NCBI GenBank assembly: GCA_010093995.1
Contig: ML992512.1
Location: 62,001-125,912 of the forward strand
Reading direction: 5' to 3'
Origin: Elsinoe ampelina
Lineage: Eukaryota
Length of the DNA: 63,912 nt
Position numbers and translations under genes: made by a program. The notes below the pieces were generated by a model. It did no database searches and was not told the DNA's origin. It saw only the letters and a list, made by a program, of their open reading frames with translations. Shown piece after piece: positions 11,965-24,897 of the stretch; the stretch's first letter is position 1; the number at the start of each line of letters is the position of its first letter.

Positions 11965-14619
11965 TCACGTCTTGCTTTCCTCCTTCGTCTCTACTGCAAC
12001 GGGTTTCACTTCCTCTGTCGCTGCGGTGCCGTCTCGTGACTCCTTGCCGTCTCTCGCGGAGTGGGTTCCGCTTCCTTGTCGCGAGCCCATGGTGATCTCG
12101 GCGCTCTTTCTTGTCTCCCCTTCTGATCGACCCAGTTGGACGCTCTTCCGCTTCTCATCGACTCCTTGACCGTTCGGGCTCTTCGCCCGCTTCTCGGCTT
12201 CCTTTTCTTTGCGTTCTTGGATCTTGCCCCTGATCCAGCCGATTGGGCCCTTCTTGCGCTCTTCGCCGTCGGAGAAGACGTCGTCTTTGTCCTTGTCCGA
12301 GCGCGGATCCTTGGAGTCTTTTGGTGTGACTTCACCGCCGGTGTCGTTGAGGGCGAGGGCGGATGAATTGCTCCTGCTTGCAGAGGTGTCAGACGGGTTG
12401 AGAGGCGAGCTCAAGCTAGGCAGAGGTGGAGTGGTCTTGGTATCTGACGGTTCGCGGGATGCATCTTTGGGCTCGTGGTGTTTTGACTTGGCGGAGTGCG
12501 AGAAGCGCCATCGCCGCTTCTTTTCTTGCTTCTCCGCGGCGGCAGCTTCATCGAGGTACTCGGCGTCGGTGTCATCTGTCGCGGACAGTGATTGTACTGA
12601 GCGATTCGGTGAGGCTGGGCGTAACGCATCAGCCATGGCACGAGGTTGTGGTGGAGAATGGATTGTCTGTTGAGCTGTGTGGAACGAAGTCGGTCCGGGT
12701 CGGGCGTCGTTCATTGGATCCGTATCGCGGTAGCTGGGTGTGGTGGGTGAGGCAACACTGTCAGCTGCGTCTTCAGGATCTTGACCAAGGTCGTTTGCAG
12801 AGCTTGCGGCGCTAGACAATGAAGATCCCGGTAACCGCTTCTTCTGGAGCTTGCGAGGCTGCCTTCCATCCTTCTTCTCTGAGTCGCTGCCTGGCGATCC
12901 GCGGAAAATGTCGAGGAAGTTTCGCGAGTTGGACGTGGCATTAGACGCAGACCGCTCACTGGAGCCGTCACGTCGGAGGGTGTCAGGCGCGAGGAAGCCA
13001 CCTCTTTGATCTCGCTCGTACTGGTCCTTGGGAATAAGAATGGCGGATGAATGACTACTGCCAGGAGCAGCGAGTGGTGTCGTTGTTTCTGAAGAGGATG
13101 CTGATGTGACTTCCGGTGGCTGTAGCAGAGCAGCTGCTTGAGCAGCTGCTATCGGCGTCCTTTGTTGTGGCTCATCTGCAGGCACCACTGGCTGGACTGG
13201 TTCCGGGAGCATCTCTTCTGGCACTGTTGCGCTCGGCGTCGACGGATCCGAGCTCTTCTCTCTCATGCCAAATCTGGGTGATGAGCCAGCCGGTCGTTGG
13301 GAAGGTACAGTATTGCTGCGATGCACACCAGACCCACCCATTGCAGGACTGCCCATAGCAGGGGAGCCGCCTTGTAAGCTTGATTTGCGCGAATTCCTTG
13401 AAGATGTTGATAGGTTCCTGCGGATTGAGCTTATCCTCCGTCCACCGTCCCTATCGCCGCTAGCGTTGGAGGTCGAGCGGCCAATGATCGTCTTCGACCG
13501 ACCAGGTCCAGTGGGAGAGCTTGTCGCTTGTGGTGGGCGATATCCGCTTTGAACTTCTTGAACAGTCTTCTCATCGGCTGCAGTCCCATGCATACCAATC
13601 AAGAATGAATCTTGGTTTTCAATCAAGAATATTAATACATCTTGACTGAGGCGATATTCCTGTGGAGCCATGTCGTGTTGCGGATGTGAGAGTATACCGG
13701 GCTGGAAGATGGCAGAAAGATTGGGTGTGGTCATCTTGTTCATGTCCGACTTTGACGCGAATACAGCTAGCAGATCCAGAATGTACAACAGCAATTGTCT
13801 GTTGAGCGGCGGCAGTTCCGTGATCAGAGCTTGGTATGCACGAATAGCATCTTCCGCAACAAATCCTCCCTGATCGGCTGTCTGTTCGTCCATCTGCCCT
13901 ACAGCCTGCTCTTGATGATGTCGGAGTGGGGTTCGGAAGCGCTCGTAGAAGTCGAGAGGGATGATGGGCTCAGGTAGCTGGTTGAAGTACCGTCGAAGAA
14001 TGTTCGCTGCATCGTGCACTGTGTATCCCGTCCAGTCCAAACCCTTGCCATATCTGTCAGGAGAATCGAATGCGATCTGAAGCTCTTTTATGCGCTTCGC
14101 TGACCCAGCCAATCGAAAGATACCTTCCGTCTCGGTAGCTGGAAGGCGTCAGTAAATGTCGCTTGCGCATAGATTTATCTGGTATACGAACCCTTCTCTT
14201 TCAAAAAGACACCGCACTTGGCCACGACTATGGGCACATATCCATAGATGTAGCTTTCACCGTTGTCGTTGAACAGCGAGATGGCAACATTGGCATATCG
14301 GATGCTCTCATGCAGGGGTACTCCAAAGATACCTGTGGGCACTGTCGAGTAAGTCAGCCTCAAAGCTCGAACATCTCGCGCGCGCAATATGGCCTAGCTC
14401 TTGACATGGTCCTGAATGGCCCCTCTCTACAATAATATTGCTCGATGTCTCACCTTTCTGTTCCTCCAATTTGTTCCCTCTCTTGAAGCTTTTCCACCAG
14501 GAAGCAAGATCGCGCTTCGAGGGAGCATTCTCCGAGTGTGGCGTAGCTGGTGTTGTCGGCGCTCTGGGAGCGCTAGCCGCGGTTGCGGTCATCGGGGTGG
14601 AGTGCTCCCCATTCGCCAT
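11965..14619 (-). CDS. SAC7: Rho GTPase-activating protein, Sac7/Bag7 type
   Basis: Introns 14453..14342 and 14191..14139. Motifs GIFGVPL..SI.YA, YGYVPIVVAKCGVFLKE, EGIFRLAGSAKRIKEL (arginine finger), RRYFNQLPEP and NKMT..NLSAIFQPGILSHP. Confidence 0.9.
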
Positions 14620-15685
14620 GCCTTGCTAGAGACGTTGTGTGTGCTATGCGGAATGGTCGGGCAGATTTGCTCCAGCAGAGGGCGTCGCAACACCGCAGTC
14701 AGCAAGCCACGGTGGACTCGGTCCGCCGTAATAAAATGAGGCTGAGTCGAAGTTGGTCATGCGTCGCTGAGAAGTGGGCAGACGGCGATACGGGTCAAGA
14801 TGGTGTTCCGGTGACGACAGATTGGAAGATAGCTGGGTGCTGCGATTTCATGTAGCAAATATGTCGAGGCCAGAAAGATAGTCAAGTTGGCGTTAGCGCG
14901 GCGTGGTGGTGCTTGGATTGCGGTCACTTTGTTGGCGGTTGCGAAGTAGCTGAGGCGGGTCCAAGATCAAGCAAGAGTAAAGTGTTCAGAAAGCAAGGAA
15001 TCGCACGAGACGCGCTGGAGAGTGTAGACGCCGCACCTCGTCAGGTACAGGCCGGCGAAAAAAGGACCACAATGGTCGACGCAGGAACTTGTCGCAGAGG
15101 CTTGTCGCAGAAGACGCGAAGGGCGGAAAGAAGAGTGTTGGGCGTAGGCTTGAGGCTTGAGCTGATTTGACAGAGTCAAACCCATTTCTGTTACAGACGG
15201 GCTCTCTGCTATGTACGCGATCAGATTCACGATATACAGACTACCTTCTCGATGTACAGCACGCAGTGTCCCTCTTCTCTACTCCCAGCATAGAAATACT
15301 TCGAAACTAAATATCTACATCAAAGACAATGTCTTGACCGACGCCTCTCTGGCTACTCGATCCAAGCTCAGACGCTATAGTTTCGCCGCCCGAGAGGCCC
15401 CACTAGTCTGCCTTCAAGCCAATTTCCCATCATCAGCCACACTTCTTGGGCTTATCGACGAAGCCGCCGTGCATAAAGGTTCGTCTCATCCTTCGAGAAC
15501 CTCTGTCTACACGAGCATCTCTGTTACACATGTCTCACCGCGGTAAGGCGATCCGACACAGCCGACCGGATAAAGACGTCGGCGGGGTGAGGTCCTATTC
15601 AGCCGCAGTGCTTTCCGTATGAGTGTCTGCATTTAATGGCAATGAATGCCGTCTACTTTCCGGTTTGTGCATTTTCGAATTCAAT

Positions 15686-16816
15686 ATGACGTCTAGCAAA
15701 TACCAGTACCTCACAGACGAGGACGTTGCTCACTTTCTCAAGGTAGATCCTAATACAGGCAAGCAGTGGCGTCAACCAACTAACATGAACAGCACGGCTT
15801 CGTCCGCATACCAGCCTGCTTCACGAAAGAAGCAGCCGCCGATTTCACCCGCGATGTCTGGACACGACTCGGCGTCGACCCTAACGATGTGAGCACCTGG
15901 AACCGCGAGAAGGTCAACATGCCTTCCCATGGCAGTGTAAAAACAAAGGAATTCGCACCCAAGGCATGGGGTGCCATGTGTGAGCTTCTTGGTGGCGAAG
16001 ATCGTATCGATCCCGAGAGTGGAATCTGGAATGACGGTTTCATCGTCAACATGGGCAAAGAGGAGTACCGCGGCATGAAAGTCGAGCCCAAGAAGCTGGA
16101 CAATTGGCACGTCGATGGTTAGTATGGCATACTACATGTTTCGAAGCAGCTAAGAAGAGGACAGGCGATTTCTTCGTGCACTTTCTAGACTCGCCGGAGC
16201 AAGGTCTTCTAGTCATCCCTCTGTGGACCGATATTGTCCCCAACGGGGGTGGCACAATGATCTGCTCAGATGGCATTGCACGGATAGCAGAGCACCTTGT
16301 GAATCTCACCTCACTCATGTCGCCGGATGTAACTAACGATAATAGTACAATAACCCCGAGGGCGTCCTACCGCGGATGCAGCCACGTGACCAGGACCCCG
16401 AGAACCCCGACAAACCCAGCCTACAATGGTACATCGACACGATCCAGCCATGCTCCGAATTCCACGAGATGACCGGCAACTTGGGCGACGTCATCCTGAT
16501 GCACCCGCTCATGCTTCACTCGGCCAGCAAGAACGTCCTTCGCACACAACGGATCATTACGAACCCGCCGGTGAGCCTCAAGGAGCCTTTCTGCTTCGAC
16601 CGAGAAGATGGTAATTACAGTATTGTCGAGCAGAAGACAATACGCGACCTTGGCGGAGAGGAGAGGGCGAGGCAATGGAAGAGGACAAGAGAGAGGGCAG
16701 CTGTGATTCCAGAGAGGCTAAAGATCCAGAATAGGATGATGGAGGACGAGAAGAGAAGGCTGAAGGAGAAGGAGATGGGAGGTCTGGCGGCTAGGAAGGC
16801 TCAGGTCGTGGTCTGA
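15686..16816 (+). CDS. Phytanoyl-CoA dioxygenase-like (2OG-Fe(II)) protein
   Basis: Introns 15743..15792, 16118..16164 and 16299..16345 give one frame. N-terminal FLKHGFVRI; HxD (WHVDGD) and distal His (GDVILMHPLMLHSAS) form the facial triad pattern. Confidence 0.75.
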
Positions 16817-17252
16817 AAGATATCTTGATGATTTATAGCGCTAGAATGTAATGGTACTCACATCTCACTTACTTCGGATCGAGGCCTCGTTCCTTGCTCG
16901 AATGCTGGGCCGCCTGAGAAATCCCCGGCAAGCGAATCTAGACCTTGGAGTGTGCCAGGGCGATCGCGTGTAGCGAGAGGATGGCAAGGACGCCTGCTGA
17001 TAGTCGGACATGCCGATTGCAATAATTCGACAGAAAGCCTTAGGAGCTTAGAGAGAGGTGTGAAGTATAAGCAGCGGCCGTTTCTTGCCGACCACCTGCA
17101 CAAGCACAAGCACAAGCGGGTAGGCCCGAAAGCTTATTGCTACCAGCAGCTTGATGAAACTGCATCACACTTTTGCCGTAGCTCCTCGTAGCGGCATAGT
17201 ATAAACGACAATCAAGTAAACCCTTCATATACTACAACAGAAGCACATCATC

Positions 17253-17629
17253 ATGGACGGGTACATAATATGACCACCAGTATCCTCGGACTATGTCTAA
17301 CCTGGATCCAGACTCAATGCTTCAGAGCAGCAAGAGCTCAACACCCGCCTGGAGAAGAAGCAGATGAGCCAATTCATGAACGTCAGTCAGCCCACAGCTG
17401 CAACATCGTCCCTAAACTCACAGCTATCCAGATGTACTCCAACCTCGTCCAGCGATGCTTCGAGAACTGCGTCGACGATTTCACATCCAAGTCCCTCACC
17501 TCGAAAGAAGAAGGTTGCGTCATGCGGTGCGTTGACAAGTTCCTCAAGAGCTCAGAACGGTTGGGACAGAGATTCCAAGAGCAGAACGCGGCGATGATGC
17601 AGTCAGGAGGCTTGTTGGGTGGGAAGTGA
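17253..17629 (+). CDS. TIM9: Mitochondrial intermembrane-space small Tim chaperone Tim9
   Basis: Introns 17261..17311 and 17382..17431. Twin CX3C (CFENC, CVMRC), YSNLVQRCF and RFQEQN. Confidence 0.95.
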
Positions 17630-17981
17630 GGGACCGGAAGGCTTGAGGACGGGCGCACGCGACAGCGATGGGATGTACGGGCGAAGAGTAGCGGCCGCAG
17701 TGATATACTCGGCGGCATAACCTTGGATTTGGAAGTGTCGAGAGACCTGCATAAAAGGCGTAATGATACTCGTCTGCCGGCGAAGGCCAGGGAGAGGCAT
17801 AGTTCAGACGAGCAGAAACATGCTCATGTTATGGATACCACTCAGCTTCTTCACCACACCGACTATTCCCATCTGGCTAGGCCCGCTGTTTCTAAAAACC
17901 CTGCATGTCACCACTGGACCATGTACCCACAACGCCTCGCTATCCCAAAGCACAAATACAACACTCTCCCCCTCCTCCATG

Positions 17982-18401
17982 TTACCCAGGCCCAATGCGC
18001 GGCATGTCGTGATGCTCGCTCAGTCCAGAGAGATACTTGTTCAACTCCTCCACCTTCTCCTTGTGCGTCTTGGCTCCTTCCTTCCTCAACTTTTCCTCCA
18101 ACTGTGTCCGTCAGCACCAACTTCTCTTCGCTTCATGCGCAAGACCTACCCTCTTCCGTCTAACCTCCTCATGCTTCCGCTCCGTCTCAGTCTTCTCGGT
18201 ATGCCTGCTCCCGCTTCCAGCCCTGTCTTTGATCACTGCTCTGGAGTCTGCATCGTCGTCGTCACCGGCAGGTTGCGGAGATTGGTCGGTCTCAGGTGGT
18301 GGCCTCTTCTTCTTTTTTTTCTTCTTGTCGATGCCTGCGTCTTTGGCGCCTTTGAGCTTCAGACCACCTCCAATGGCGGAGGTGTAGTCCGAGGACGGCA
18401 T
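17982..18401 (-). CDS. FAM32A/DUF1754 family small nuclear protein
   Basis: GGGLKLKG plus poly-Lys. Intron 18149..18102 leads to KTHKEKVEELNKYLSGLSEHHDMPRIGPG*, the family C-terminus. Confidence 0.9.
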
Positions 18402-18497
18402 GGCTGGCGACGACCGGATGGAGTGGTTTCAAAAAGCAGAATCGGCATGGAAGTGAAGCATTAGGGTGCGGGGCGGGCGGGGCTTGGCAGTATCAAA

Positions 18498-18513
18498 ACG
18501 GTCACGTGACCGT
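18498..18513. promoter_or_regulatory. Perfect 16-bp palindrome containing an E-box (GTCACGTGAC; Cbf1/bHLH-type site)
   Basis: acggtcacgtgaccgt about 100 bp upstream of the FAM32A-like ATG, immediately followed by a half site gtcacatg. Confidence 0.45.
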
Positions 18514-18657
18514 CACATGCTGATCGCAACGTGAGATTTCAAAGTGAGAATCACTTTATCATTTCCGAGCGACTCGCGAGTCGAACTCAGGGACTTAAGG
18601 CTATCCAAAATGCCAAAAAGGCACCTGCTAAGCAGGGCTCAAACACCTCTCTTCCGC

Positions 18658-18800
18658 CGCGCATCAGACAAGCTGAGTGTAACAGGCTTCCGAAAGGGGT
18701 TGTGATTCGGGGCCTCAGTAGAGCTCGCGCATCTGGACCAACAGAGTGTAACAGCGAACCTCGAGGGAACGCGCGCATCTGGATTGGCAGAGTGTAACAG
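18658..18800. repeat. Three dispersed 28-29 bp direct repeats CGCGCATC-N-GAGTGTAACAG
   Basis: Copies at 18658-18685, 18726-18754 and 18772-18800. Confidence 0.8.
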
Positions 18801-18981
18801 AGATCTCTGAAGATTGACGATGGGCAGGGAGGAAAAGGTTATATACCCTTGGTTCGTGGGACGATGAGGATGTGAGACTTGTGCAATCCCAATCTCGTCC
18901 GTATTCTCACATTAATACTCACACAACATAAACACCTCGAAGCCCTGGCATGCAATATCGTACGACTTCCTACATCTCACA

Positions 18982-20271
18982 TCAAGCAACCACCACCTCG
19001 GCCTTCACCCCTTCATCCTTGACCTCTCCCATATCAGACAACACCAACGGTGGCGCCTCCTCATTCGCCTTGACCAGTACCTCCTCGCTTGCCTCCTCCT
19101 TCTTCACCACCACCTCTCCGCCCTCCACCTTCACCTCCCTCTTGACCTTCCTCTTCAGCTCCTTCGGCACAACCGCACTCGGACACAACCCCTCCTTGGC
19201 CAAATCACACTCCTCACACCTCCTCCCCACAGGCGGACACCACGTCTGCCCAAACCCAACCAACAAATGGTTGATCTCATGCCACTTCTCCCTCGGCAAC
19301 CACGCCTCCAGCTCCGCCCGCGTCTCTTCGGGGTTCCTCGTCTTATGCCACCCCCAGAGATTCGTGATGCGGTGGACATGCACGTCCACACCTATACCCT
19401 CGTCGCGGCCCCAGGCTGCACTCATGGTGAGGTAGGCCATCTTGGGCCCCACGCCGGGGAGGGAGACGAGCCCCTCGATGGTATCCGGGATTTCGCCGCC
19501 GAATTGGTCGCGGAGGATCTCGGCCGTGGCTTTGATGTAGCGGGTTTTGTTGTTGTGGAAGCCGACTTTGTTGATGAGGGAGTTGAGCTGCGGCGGGTCT
19601 ACCTCGAGGAGTGATTCCAGGCAGAAGCCGCCGGGGAGGTGGTCTTGCATGTTCTTGATGGCTGCAGCAGTGACGGGGTCTTTGGTTTGTGAGCTGAGCA
19701 TGAGTGCGATGAGGGTTTGGAGGCGGCGGTCGCGCGGGGAGCGAGTGTCGTCGGCGAGGTTCTCGCAGCCCATAGTGTCGACGGCGGCGACGCGGCGGGT
19801 ACGCATGTCTTGGGTAATTTGGTAGACTTTCTCCCATGTTGGTGGTGGGAGGACAGTGTCTCCTGAATGGCCCTTGATGCGTTTCGAGGGCTGGCGACGG
19901 GTCGGACGGGGGAAGAGGCCGTCGTGACCTGCATCTTCAAGATCTGCGAGCAAGGATGGAGAGGCTTTACGCGGCGAGCGTCGGGCGGTGACGGGTGAGG
20001 TATCGATACCACGCTTGCGTTTCAGGGGCGTGACTCCGCTGACGGAGGTTGCCGGCGTAGCGACGGCGGCATCTTCTGTGCTTGCGGCTGAGGAAAGGGA
20101 GGTCTCGGAATCGACGTCTTCAGTCTTGATCTTGGCTTCTTTCCTATCGGCCTTGATGGGCGTGCTGAGCGAACGTGTTGAAGCAGCGCTAGCGATTCTT
20201 GCTGAGCTTCTGCGGTTCGAGATAGATGACATGATCCGGGCAGTATCTTGAGAGACACGCGAGGTCTTCAT
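18982..20271 (-). CDS. NTH1: Endonuclease III homolog (bifunctional DNA N-glycosylase/AP lyase)
   Basis: VDTMGC, LMLSSQTKD, HhH LPGVGPKMA, GIGVDVHVHRI, and Fe-S motif C-x6-C-x2-C-x6-C (CPPVGRRCEECDLAKEGLC). Confidence 0.95.
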   Translation of the reverse strand: MKTSRVSQDTARIMSSISNRRSSARIASAASTRSLSTPIKADRKEAKIKTEDVDSETSLSSAASTEDAAVATPATSVSGVTPLKRKRGIDTSPVTARRSPRKASPSLLADLEDAGHDGLFPRPTRRQPSKRIKGHSGDTVLPPPTWEKVYQITQDMRTRRVAAVDTMGCENLADDTRSPRDRRLQTLIALMLSSQTKDPVTAAAIKNMQDHLPGGFCLESLLEVDPPQLNSLINKVGFHNNKTRYIKATAEILRDQFGGEIPDTIEGLVSLPGVGPKMAYLTMSAAWGRDEGIGVDVHVHRITNLWGWHKTRNPEETRAELEAWLPREKWHEINHLLVGFGQTWCPPVGRRCEECDLAKEGLCPSAVVPKELKRKVKREVKVEGGEVVVKKEEASEEVLVKANEEAPPLVLSDMGEVKDEGVKAEVVVA

Positions 20272-20746
20272 GGCCAGTGCCTTCGTGAAGATTGTAGTTC
20301 AATCCAACGAGACCAATGCAGTCGAATGACCCCTATGAAGCCCTTCGATCAGGAGTGAAGAGCAGGCTACCTGCCAATGCCAAGAGTATATGATGTCGGC
20401 CCAATGGTGTGGTAGAAGGCAAAACCCGAGTGGTCGTACAGTGACTGCTTCTTCCAAGTTTCGGAAATTGGTCTTCAGAGCGAGAATAATGGTAGAGACC
20501 GACAAGACCTTGATTGATACGCGATCCTTTTGTAGACCACCAGTGGCGATTGGAAGGGGCAAAGGGTTCCTGACCATGATCTGCAACTAGCATCTCCAAT
20601 CTCGATCTGAAGCGTTCTGATTGGCTGCAGGGATCTGGCAGCAATTCTCCACCGCCGCTCCGCGAGTCTCACACATCCGCATCCACACCTTTTCACAACA
20701 TGTCTTGACAGGTCCATTTGGTTCTACATCTTCACTTATCGTCAAG

Positions 20747-23112
20747 ATGAAGTCAATAGACATCTCCACCTTCGCCACTGCTCAGATCGGCCTCCTCGCC
20801 AATGAACAGCAGGCCGAAGTGGAAGAGACTTCTCTTTTGACAGCCACTCACTCACCTAGCGTGCTGGCACGCGCAGGTCTAGCCATCACAAATCTGACCG
20901 TCAATAATCAGCGGACTGGTCTGGGTGGCAAGACCGTGCTCGACCTCGGTCTCGATCCAGCTGTTAGTGGCAACTCCAAAGAGCTGCCACAGCATGGCAT
21001 CAGGGTAGGTGACATTGTCGGTGTAGCGGAGCAGCCGAAAGGAGCGGAGAAAAAGAAAGACCGCACTGAAATGGAGAAGAAAGGCGTGCAGGGCGTGGTG
21101 GTCAAGGTGATGAGGGAGGTGGTTGTGGTGGCGCTGGACAAGGAGGAAGTGGATGTTCCGGGTGGGAAACTTTGGCTGTGGGTTTTGTCCCTGGCGCAGG
21201 TCGATGAGCAGCGAGCTGATAGAATCATGTATACAGTGTTAAGCTCGCTAATGATGTCACGTTCAAACGGTAGCTACATATCACGAGTTAAGCAGGTGCA
21301 CAGGCTGATCATAATCAGCATGAACCAGACGATGACAAGACTGTCGAAGATGACTGAAAGTGAGCACTCGATACTAGCAAGGGTGCTATTCGGGCGGTCT
21401 ACACCCACACCGGTGTCTGACGCCGACTTGAAGGAGCCAATCGAGTGGTTGGACCCATCTCTCAACGACTCACAGAAAGACGCCATACGATTTGCGCTCG
21501 CATCGAGAGAAGTTGCTTTGATCCACGGTCCGCCTGGCACGGGGAAGACTCACACGCTGATCGAGCTCATCCTGCAGATGACAAAGCGAAAGAAGCGTCT
21601 ACTTGTCTGTGGCCCAAGCAACATCTCCGTGGACAACATTGTTGAGCGACTCGCGCCACACAAAGTACCGATTGTCAGACTAGGTCATCCGGCCCGCTTG
21701 CTTCCGAGAGTGCTCGACCACAGTCTAGAGGTTTTGACCAAGACGAGCGACGCGGCGGAGCTGGTCAATGACATCCGACAAGAACTCGATGCGAAGCAGG
21801 CTAGTATAAGGAAGACGAAGAATGGTCGCGAGCGTAGAGCCATCTACGGCGAGATGAAGGACTTGAGGAAGGAGTATCGCGAGCGAGAAACAAAGTGTAT
21901 CGATACCCTGGTGAGGGGGAGTCAGGTTGTGCTTTCAACCTTGCATGGTGCTGGTGGGCACCAGCTGAAGAATCAGAACTTCGACGTAGTCATCATCGAT
22001 GAGGCAAGTCAGGCCTTGGAGGCCTCGTCTTGGATTCCTCTGCTAGGCTATGGGGCTAGCAAGGTTGTTTTGGCTGGTGACCATCTGCAACTGCCTCCTA
22101 CGATCAAGTCGTCAAATATGAAAGGCGAGAAGGGTGCGAAGAAGGAGAACAAGGACAACAAAGAAGGCATCAAGCTGGAGCGGACCATGTTTGATCGCTT
22201 ACTGGAAATGCATGGCGACAAAATCAAACGAATGCTGACGACGCAATACCGTATGCACGAGAAGATCATGGATTACCCATCGCAAAGCTTGTACGAAGGC
22301 AAGCTCATGGCAGCTGAGTCAGTCAAGCACCGCATTCTGGCCGAACTCCCGTATGAGGTGAAGCAGACGGAGGATACTCAAGAGCCACTGGTGTTTTATG
22401 ATACTCAGGGTGGAGACTTCTTTGAAAAGATTGATGACGAAGAGCCTGGAACGTCCAAATCAAGCTTGCTGGGAGATAGCAAGAGCAACCCAGCCGAGGC
22501 ACAGGTGGTGGCCCTACACGTCTCCAAACTGATAGAGTGTGGCGTCAAGGCCGAAGATATTGCGGTTATCACTCCATACAACGGACAATTGGCTCTATTG
22601 TCTCAGCTGCTGAAGGAAAGATATCCGGGCATGGAGCTAGGAAGCATTGATGGGTTTCAAGGTAAGCTTCTAATGTTTATCCGGAGCAAGTGCAGTCGGC
22701 TTACACATCGGCAACAATAGGCCGAGAGAAAGAGGCCGTGGTCGTGAGCCTCACTCGGAGTAATGCAGAAGGCGAGATCGGCTTTCTTTCCGAGAAACGG
22801 CGTTTGAATGGTAAGTCGAGTGGTACGTGGCGGGCATTGGTCATGGAAGCTGATATTTCCGGATAGTGGCCATGACTCGACCAAGAAGACATCTGTGCAT
22901 TGTAGGGGATTCAGAAACAGTGAGCCGGTAAGTTGAGGATCGACAGCTTGATGTGCAAGCTTGTTTGAGATCTAGCAGTGTCAAAAATTGCGGGCAAGAT
23001 GCTGACGATCCGTGTCAGAGGAGGAAAATTTCTCAAGGCCTGGATGTCGTTCCTGGAAGAGAATGCAGATCTGCGATACCCAGACATCAGCGAGGCTCTG
23101 CAACAAGGATGA
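20747..23112 (+). CDS. HCS1: DNA polymerase alpha-associated SF1 helicase (Hcs1/IGHMBP2)
   Basis: Introns 21178..21236, 21270..21318, 22662..22720, 22811..22866 and 22928..23018. Motifs [37 protein letters not shown] and RLNVAMTR. Confidence 0.93.
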
Positions 23113-24897
23113 GCGTGCGACGTGTCGGAAGGTGATACGAGAGAGTTGCTGCAGGTACGGAAGCGACCCTTGCGCACAGAACGAGTCCATGCATGCGGGG
23201 TCAGGCAGGGAGATTGTAGCTGCAAGTCGCTGACCAATGACCCGACAGAACGCAGGGATGCTCACGCGACGGGATTGATCCATGGTGGTGGGATGTTTGC
23301 ATCTCTCCCGCACCTTTGTCGGAAACAGAATGAGTTTGAAGGATGCGAGCTTGGTCAAGCTGGAGAGTGGTAGATTGTCAAGTTTGCTCAACGAAGATCG
23401 GGCATGAGCGGGCGGATAAGCTTCAAAGGATCATCAAATGGTCGGTCCAAAGTGCATGTCGCGATTGACGACGGTCCGTCGCGAGCCCGTACCCCCATGA
23501 TCATCCTGCCAGAAGCACCGAAGATCAGGGGAATGTTCCCTGATTTGAGGACAAAGATTCGGTCGCATTTGCCATGTTGAAGCAGCGCTTTCTCGGCAGG
23601 ATCAGGCTGAGGCATTGAGGCTCGTACACATGCATTTCGCAAAGGGTACATGCAGGGCCTAAGGATTCATGCAGCGCGGCAGGAAGCAAGACGTTGTCAA
23701 TGAAAGCAGAACCAATCGTTTCCATTCCAGGTGTCCAAGTCTCAGACCACACTGACAGCATTGATAAATGGCATGATATGACATGTTGGGCACCTCTATC
23801 GCCCGATCAGGGAGGGGTACACCAGGGTCACTGTTGGCTCTTTTGTTCTTTCTGCCCGCGCAAGCGAGCCGCCTCGAGATGGCCTATGTACTGTACAAAC
23901 AGTGCTGAGAAGCGACTAAAACAAGTGTATCCCGTAGATGTGCCGTTGCGGCGCGATTGATGTGCATATCGAGGCTTGGTCAATGATCCTGATGGTGTAG
24001 TCACATTCAATCGCCCAGGAAGGTGTGCCTCGAGGAATGCGCCAATGAATAGACTCTATCGGCATTGACCCGAGTCAGAACCTAGTCAGGTCCATAGCGC
24101 CACAGGTCGTCTCGGCCGGTGGAGTCCGTGGAGTCTACACTGCATGTGAGATGTCTTGAAACATGCCAACAGGCAAAGAGTCGAGCTTTGTCTCGTTAGT
24201 GGCCCACGATCTTCTCCTTCTCCACAGTTGGACGGTGGAGCACGACTCTTTTCGTCCCCAATGATACACACCGCATACATCTCTGTGCAATCCTTTCCGC
24301 GAGCGAAGCAATTGGAGCTAGGCCAACTCAATGGCCTCTCCTTGGTCTAGTCCTTGGGCGAACTTAAGCTGCCACGGTCGCCGCCGAACTGCAGACGAGC
24401 TTGGTAGCTTGATATGCAGGCTAAATGAGCCCTAGCCAGACGAGCCAGTCGATCTTCCACCATAGAAGCGCCACAAGACCTCACTATTGTTTCCCGCATC
24501 GTTCATCTTCGCTTGTCCTCATCCCGCCTCTTCTATACCTCACCTTCTTTCCCTCCGCTGATCTTTGATCAGCTGCGCCTCTCATCCTTCACTTGTCCCC
24601 TACTGTTGCTTCTTCTGCTTGATCGCAGTATGGGATCAAGTGACTTCTTATCACCTCCCTAGTCTTGTACCCTCCCCGCTGTCGACTTCGGAGCTCTGTG
24701 GTCCTGCCTAGCAGTATGCGCATACCACATCCATAGCTCCTCTACATAGCCTTCTTGAGCCTGCCTCTATATGAGCTATTCTGGAGCACTTTTACGATTG
24801 CTCCACCACTGTCGCTACTGAACTCTCAATCATTATTCATTCGTCCGCTGTCTGCCGCTCTTCCAGGAGCTGACCTTGCTGGCGGACTCCGCAAGTC

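Noticed and set aside
17099..17117. (CACAAG)3 microsatellite; also (GTGTGTATGC)2 near 27900
   Set aside because: Short simple repeats expected by chance or slippage.
18658..18800. CRISPR-like reading of the spaced repeats
   Set aside because: Eukaryotic context, only three copies with variable cores, unequal spacers (40 and 17 nt) and no cas genes.
20621..21320. Apparent intron-free N-terminal extension of HCS1 in the ORF track
   Set aside because: Two introns (59 + 49 = 108 nt) happen to preserve the frame; the conserved [11 protein letters not shown] exon is in another frame.
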